DNA of 64,000 nucleotides from positions 2,976,001 to 3,040,000 of the forward strand of contig OY762964.1 of NCBI GenBank assembly GCA_963667035.1, in the 5' to 3' direction. The notes below the pieces were generated by a model. The model was not told the DNA's origin and did not search any database. It was given only the letters and a program-made list of their open reading frames with translations. This document shows positions 60,487 to 64,000 of this stretch, piece after piece. Within the stretch, counting starts at the first letter, position 1. Every line of letters starts with the position of its first letter. Made by a program: the position numbers and the translations under genes. The stretch comes from Candidatus Cloacimonadales bacterium. GTDB taxonomy: Bacteria > Cloacimonadota > Cloacimonadia > Cloacimonadales > JAFGVF01.

Positions 60487-61539
60487 CTACTGTGGTTTAT
60501 AACACTTATTCCACCAAATGTTCTGTATCTCTGCATCGTGGGATATCGCTTCGTTAAATTCCTGAATAGAAAGATTACAACAATTGGGATTCCAGACATT
60601 CTTTTTAGCTTTTTCATGATTAGCCTTATGAATGAAATCAGAGATAGAGGTTACAGGCTTGAAGTCACTCACTTTGGTATGGATTATGTAACCTTCATAA
60701 ATATCCGAAAGTTTGAGTTGCTCATACCCCGGATTGTAAATAGTATTAATAACCTTTATATCTCCATAAGGAGTTTGATGTAAATCAATACCAACAGTTC
60801 CGATCTCATCGTATAGCTCTTCAAATTGACCGTTACCGGGTAGACTTGTAGATTCACCATCAATCAAGATTTGCGGAGAGTGCATGAAAACATTGTAGAT
60901 TCTACCGGGTAGCTTCTTATTAAGATAGTTTCCATATCTGTCGTCCATAAAATGTACATGTGTATACTTCCCATCATTTACACTGACAGCCGGTTGTTTG
61001 AATTTTGTAAAAGAGTGATTACGACCTGTTATCGTAAGAATCTTATCATTATGATTTACAACCCTATCTACTACTGCATCTGCCCAATATTCCTCAGAGC
61101 AACCCTTACCAATCTCTTTCCATTGCTCATTGGTAAGTTCAACACCTTTTGCATGATATTTATTCTTCAACTCGAGGTTTGGTGAATCATTTAAACCTAT
61201 AAGATTAAGTTTATTCCCTGATTGATTAACTAGCCATACAGCTTTATAGACATCAATATATTCTTGATAACCCCAGAAAACACTCATATTGAATTGAAGT
61301 TGTTTTGCCAGTTCAAAATCAAATACTTCGGCAGTTACCAGATTGTTAATAAGATTCTGATCACTCCTACATAGAAATTCGGTTCCGACTGTATTAACTC
61401 CCATCTCCGGTAACATTTGGACCAGTTTACAATAGAACTCCAAGTCTTGTTTTACCCGATGATACTCTCCTAGCATGACGACATCATACTTGCAGAAAAG
61501 AGTTTTTATGAATTCTATAGGATTTGTATTAATTGTCAA
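60487..61539 (-). CDS. Hypothetical protein, ChaN/EreA/TIKI-like fold
   Basis: VVMLGEYH..., VGTEF, GRNH motifs; start uncertain (TTG 61539 proposed because the ORF-track start lies well inside the upstream gene). Confidence 0.55.
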   Translation of the reverse strand: MTINTNPIEFIKTLFCKYDVVMLGEYHRVKQDLEFYCKLVQMLPEMGVNTVGTEFLCRSDQNLINNLVTAEVFDFELAKQLQFNMSVFWGYQEYIDVYKAVWLVNQSGNKLNLIGLNDSPNLELKNKYHAKGVELTNEQWKEIGKGCSEEYWADAVVDRVVNHNDKILTITGRNHSFTKFKQPAVSVNDGKYTHVHFMDDRYGNYLNKKLPGRIYNVFMHSPQILIDGESTSLPGNGQFEELYDEIGTVGIDLHQTPYGDIKVINTIYNPGYEQLKLSDIYEGYIIHTKVSDFKPVTSISDFIHKANHEKAKKNVWNPNCCNLSIQEFNEAISHDAEIQNIWWNKCYKPQ

Positions 61540-62446
61540 AACCTCTAAAGCCTTTTCCAAGAGTTTGATGAATATCCGATACAACAAAGAAGGCGTCCGG
61601 ATCAATATCTTTAACGATTTGCTTCAAGCGTCCAACTTCTCGATTAGTAATAATCGTGTAGATGATATCTCTTTTTTCTCTGGAGAATCCACCCTCGCCT
61701 TTAAAAATGGTACAACCTCTTTTCATCTCAAAGAGAATCTCTTCCCTAATCTGTTCAGTGTTGTTGGAAAGAATAGTTATTCCTTTAGTGATTGAGAAAC
61801 CTTCAATTACTAAATCGGCGACTTTTGAACTAACATAAAGCGAGAACAAAGCCCAGAGGATTAGATTGGCATTCTTAAAGAAATATCCTGAAAGCATTAT
61901 TATCATTGTATCAATGATAAGGTAACTAGTTCCAATGGAGAATCCGAAATACTTTCTCATAAGCAGAGCCGGGATATCCGAACCGCCCGTAGAACCATTG
62001 TTTCTAATTACCAAACCGATTCCGGCACCATAAATTAGCGAACCTGCGAGAACAGCAAGAATGTACTCGTTAGTAAAACTATTGGCTCCATTTACAACGT
62101 AAAGAAAAGGTTTAATAGCATCCATACCTATGAAATGATTGCTAATAAAGTAATCAGAGAATACGGAAGTGAGTATTATAGCAATGATGGATTTAAATCC
62201 GAACTGTTTTCCGAATTGCCATAAACCTATAAAGAAAAGAGGTATATTAAGCATGAGCATGAACGTACCGGGTTGAACACCTGCTTTAAAAAAAGCAATT
62301 TGAGCTAAGCCGGATACTCCTCCCGGAGCAATCTTAAAAGGCATAAGAAATAGACTGTATCCAAATCCCATTGCCACAGAGCCAATCAATATACCAAGTA
62401 GATTGAGAAGATTAGCTTTTGATATTAACTTTCTTTTTTTCTTCAC
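61529..62446 (-). CDS. YitT family membrane protein (DUF2179)
   Basis: APGGVSG, NIPLF, GSTGGSDI, RGCT...GEGGF, IDPDAF; start GTG 62446 after GGAGG. Confidence 0.9.
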   Translation of the reverse strand: MKKKRKLISKANLLNLLGILIGSVAMGFGYSLFLMPFKIAPGGVSGLAQIAFFKAGVQPGTFMLMLNIPLFFIGLWQFGKQFGFKSIIAIILTSVFSDYFISNHFIGMDAIKPFLYVVNGANSFTNEYILAVLAGSLIYGAGIGLVIRNNGSTGGSDIPALLMRKYFGFSIGTSYLIIDTMIIMLSGYFFKNANLILWALFSLYVSSKVADLVIEGFSITKGITILSNNTEQIREEILFEMKRGCTIFKGEGGFSREKRDIIYTIITNREVGRLKQIVKDIDPDAFFVVSDIHQTLGKGFRGFDN

Positions 62447-62492
62447 AATAATCCTCCGATGATATTTTATTGATACGAAATTGGGAGTCAAT

Positions 62493-62849
62493 ATGGAAAT
62501 TAATAAGTTGATAAATCTATGTAAAGAATTACAGGGAACATGGGAAGACAGACCTTTTGGACCCGATAATTCCGTTATGAAAGTAGGTGATAAAATGTTT
62601 GCTATCATATCTGAAGATAAAGGCTTGAGGATTAATTTGAAGTGTGATCCTGATTTTGCACTCGTTCTAAGAGAACAATACAGTTACATTATTCCCGGTT
62701 ATCACATGAACAAAAGACATTGGAATACAGTTGTTATAAATGATGATGTAGATATAGAATTACTCAAAAATCTTGTTAAGGACTCATATAGTCTGGTCTT
62801 TAACAGCCTTCCTAAAAAAGTAAGACAAAGGATTCAAGGAACTCAATAG
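62493..62849 (+). CDS. MmcQ/YjbR family DNA-binding protein
   Basis: PFG...KVGDKMFA, INLKCDP, PGYHMNKRHWNTV, SYSLV; ATG 62493 after GGGAG. Confidence 0.92.
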   Translation: MEINKLINLCKELQGTWEDRPFGPDNSVMKVGDKMFAIISEDKGLRINLKCDPDFALVLREQYSYIIPGYHMNKRHWNTVVINDDVDIELLKNLVKDSYSLVFNSLPKKVRQRIQGTQ

Positions 62850-63196
62850 TGCATTTTTTAATTAAAACCATAATCTCAGCAGTAATAATAGTGCTTATCT
62901 CGGAGATTTCAAAACGCTTCACCTTAATAGGAGGTATTCTAGCATCTTTACCGCTAGTCTCATTCTTAGGCATAATCTGGTTGTACCTTGATACTAAAGA
63001 TGTCAAACCGATAATATCTTTATCACAATCTATATTTTGGTTAGTGATACCCTCCTTGCTCTTCTTTGTATTGTTTCCCATTCTGTTAAAGAAAGGTGTA
63101 GCCTTCTGGACCTCTTTTGCTATCTCTACAGGAATAATGATTGTTTTCTATGGAATCATGGTCAAAATACTGCAGTTCTTCAATATCATTCATTAG
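62849..63196 (+). CDS. DUF3147-like small membrane protein
   Basis: IK..ISA.II..ISE..KR, GGILASLPL.S, IFWLVIPSL. Confidence 0.8.
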   Translation: MHFLIKTIISAVIIVLISEISKRFTLIGGILASLPLVSFLGIIWLYLDTKDVKPIISLSQSIFWLVIPSLLFFVLFPILLKKGVAFWTSFAISTGIMIVFYGIMVKILQFFNIIH

Positions 63197-63650
63197 GAAA
63201 CGAAAGGAGTCGGTACCTTCTAGTAATAAGCAAATACTATTTTAAAGATTACGTTTACTCATAATATACATAGAGATTACTATTAATTACAAGTCATCAT
63301 GTTACAATCACTATAGAAACAAGTTATTAAGAATGATACCAGGCAATCCTAAATGAAAGAAAATCTTGGATTACTAATAATTTAAACTTATGAATATGAG
63401 TGTAAAAAATAGGCTTAATTTTCTTAATTGTGTAAAATAAAGAGACTATCTTCCAAGCTTAAAAAGGATTTGACAGTATTACAAACTATTGAAAAATAAC
63501 TAAACTGGAAGATAGTATATACATTTACTCGTCGTTGCAATTACTAAATCGCAAGTAAGTAATAATTTTTGCAGGTGTTTATGTGATTAGAGAAATGTAT
63601 GTATAAAGTTATTATAAATAAATGAATCGAAAAAAAGGAAGGAGATTCGT

Positions 63651-64000
63651 ATGATTAAACATCGAAGAGCGGGTTTATCTCTTTTGATGGTTCTTCTTGT
63701 CCTTGCTGTTACTCCATTATGGAGTACCTCAGCAGCAGACATGATTGTAAAGAACCTTCAAGTAACAGATATCCCCAACGATGACGGATCAGGACTGCGT
63801 ATTAGCTGGACTCCGCTACCTAAGGAAGCAAGAATCCAAGAATACCATATATATCGCGGTATAAGCCCTGATTCCCTCTTTTTAGTCAGTACAATTCCGG
63901 TAAACCCCAAAACAGGTGTTTCTTCGGATGTTATGTACTATTACGATAGCGGTTGGACGCAGCTTATTAGCATTAACTCTCCCGCTAAACTGAAAAAAGA
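63651..64000 (+). CDS. Exported Fn3-type protein (3'-truncated by window edge; not in ORF track)
   Basis: ATG 63651 after GGAAGGAG; MIKHRRAGLSLLMVLLVLAV signal; VTDIPNDDGSGLRISW...YHIYRG; open to the end of the window. Confidence 0.8.
   Translation, partial: MIKHRRAGLSLLMVLLVLAVTPLWSTSAADMIVKNLQVTDIPNDDGSGLRISWTPLPKEARIQEYHIYRGISPDSLFLVSTIPVNPKTGVSSDVMYYYDSGWTQLISINSPAKLKK

Noticed and set aside
100..63264. Numerous short ORFs antisense to or nested in long genes (e.g. 100-330, 7084-7374, 34565-34945, 52346-52861, 52698-53105, 63037-63264)
   Set aside because: They overlap well-supported genes, lack RBS or recognisable motifs, and are expected shadow frames
1..64000. tRNA, rRNA, tmRNA, SRP RNA, CRISPR arrays, prophage or defence-system genes
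   Set aside because: No recognisable signatures found by eye; a covariance-model scan would be needed to exclude divergent RNAs

Overview
AT-rich bacterial chromosomal window. Its gene style suggests an FCB-group anaerobe, most likely Cloacimonadota (inference from many acidic secreted proteins ending in an 'NYPNPFNP..T' T9SS/FlgD-type tail). It contains: housekeeping genes (glyS 3' part, glyQ, efp, cobB, comM/yifB, rarA, trxB, comEC); a phosphate-scavenging island (porin-pstSCAB-phoU divergent from an alkaline phosphatase, with a clear 4x11-bp PHO-box array); a serine/fumarate/malate-to-pyruvate operon led by a frameshifted Cys-rich gene that the ORF track mis-called; an ABC/M1-aminopeptidase fusion transporter; six modular secreted proteins (about a third of the window); an IS200 and decayed IS256, IS3 and IS481 pieces. 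The most striking unexplained signals are: (1) a candidate sigma-54-driven small RNA at ~2372-2496 carrying repeated anti-Shine-Dalgarno motifs that mimic the 16S rRNA 3' tail; (2) a small Zn-ribbon protein behind efp that may be a zinc-binding relative of ribosomal protein bL38; (3) an orphan integron attC-like site between IS remnants; (4) a 2113-aa secreted protein built from nuclease accessory domains with no visible catalytic domain; (5) a rod-like structured element at 60337-60477. All family assignments are from motif recognition by eye, not database searches.
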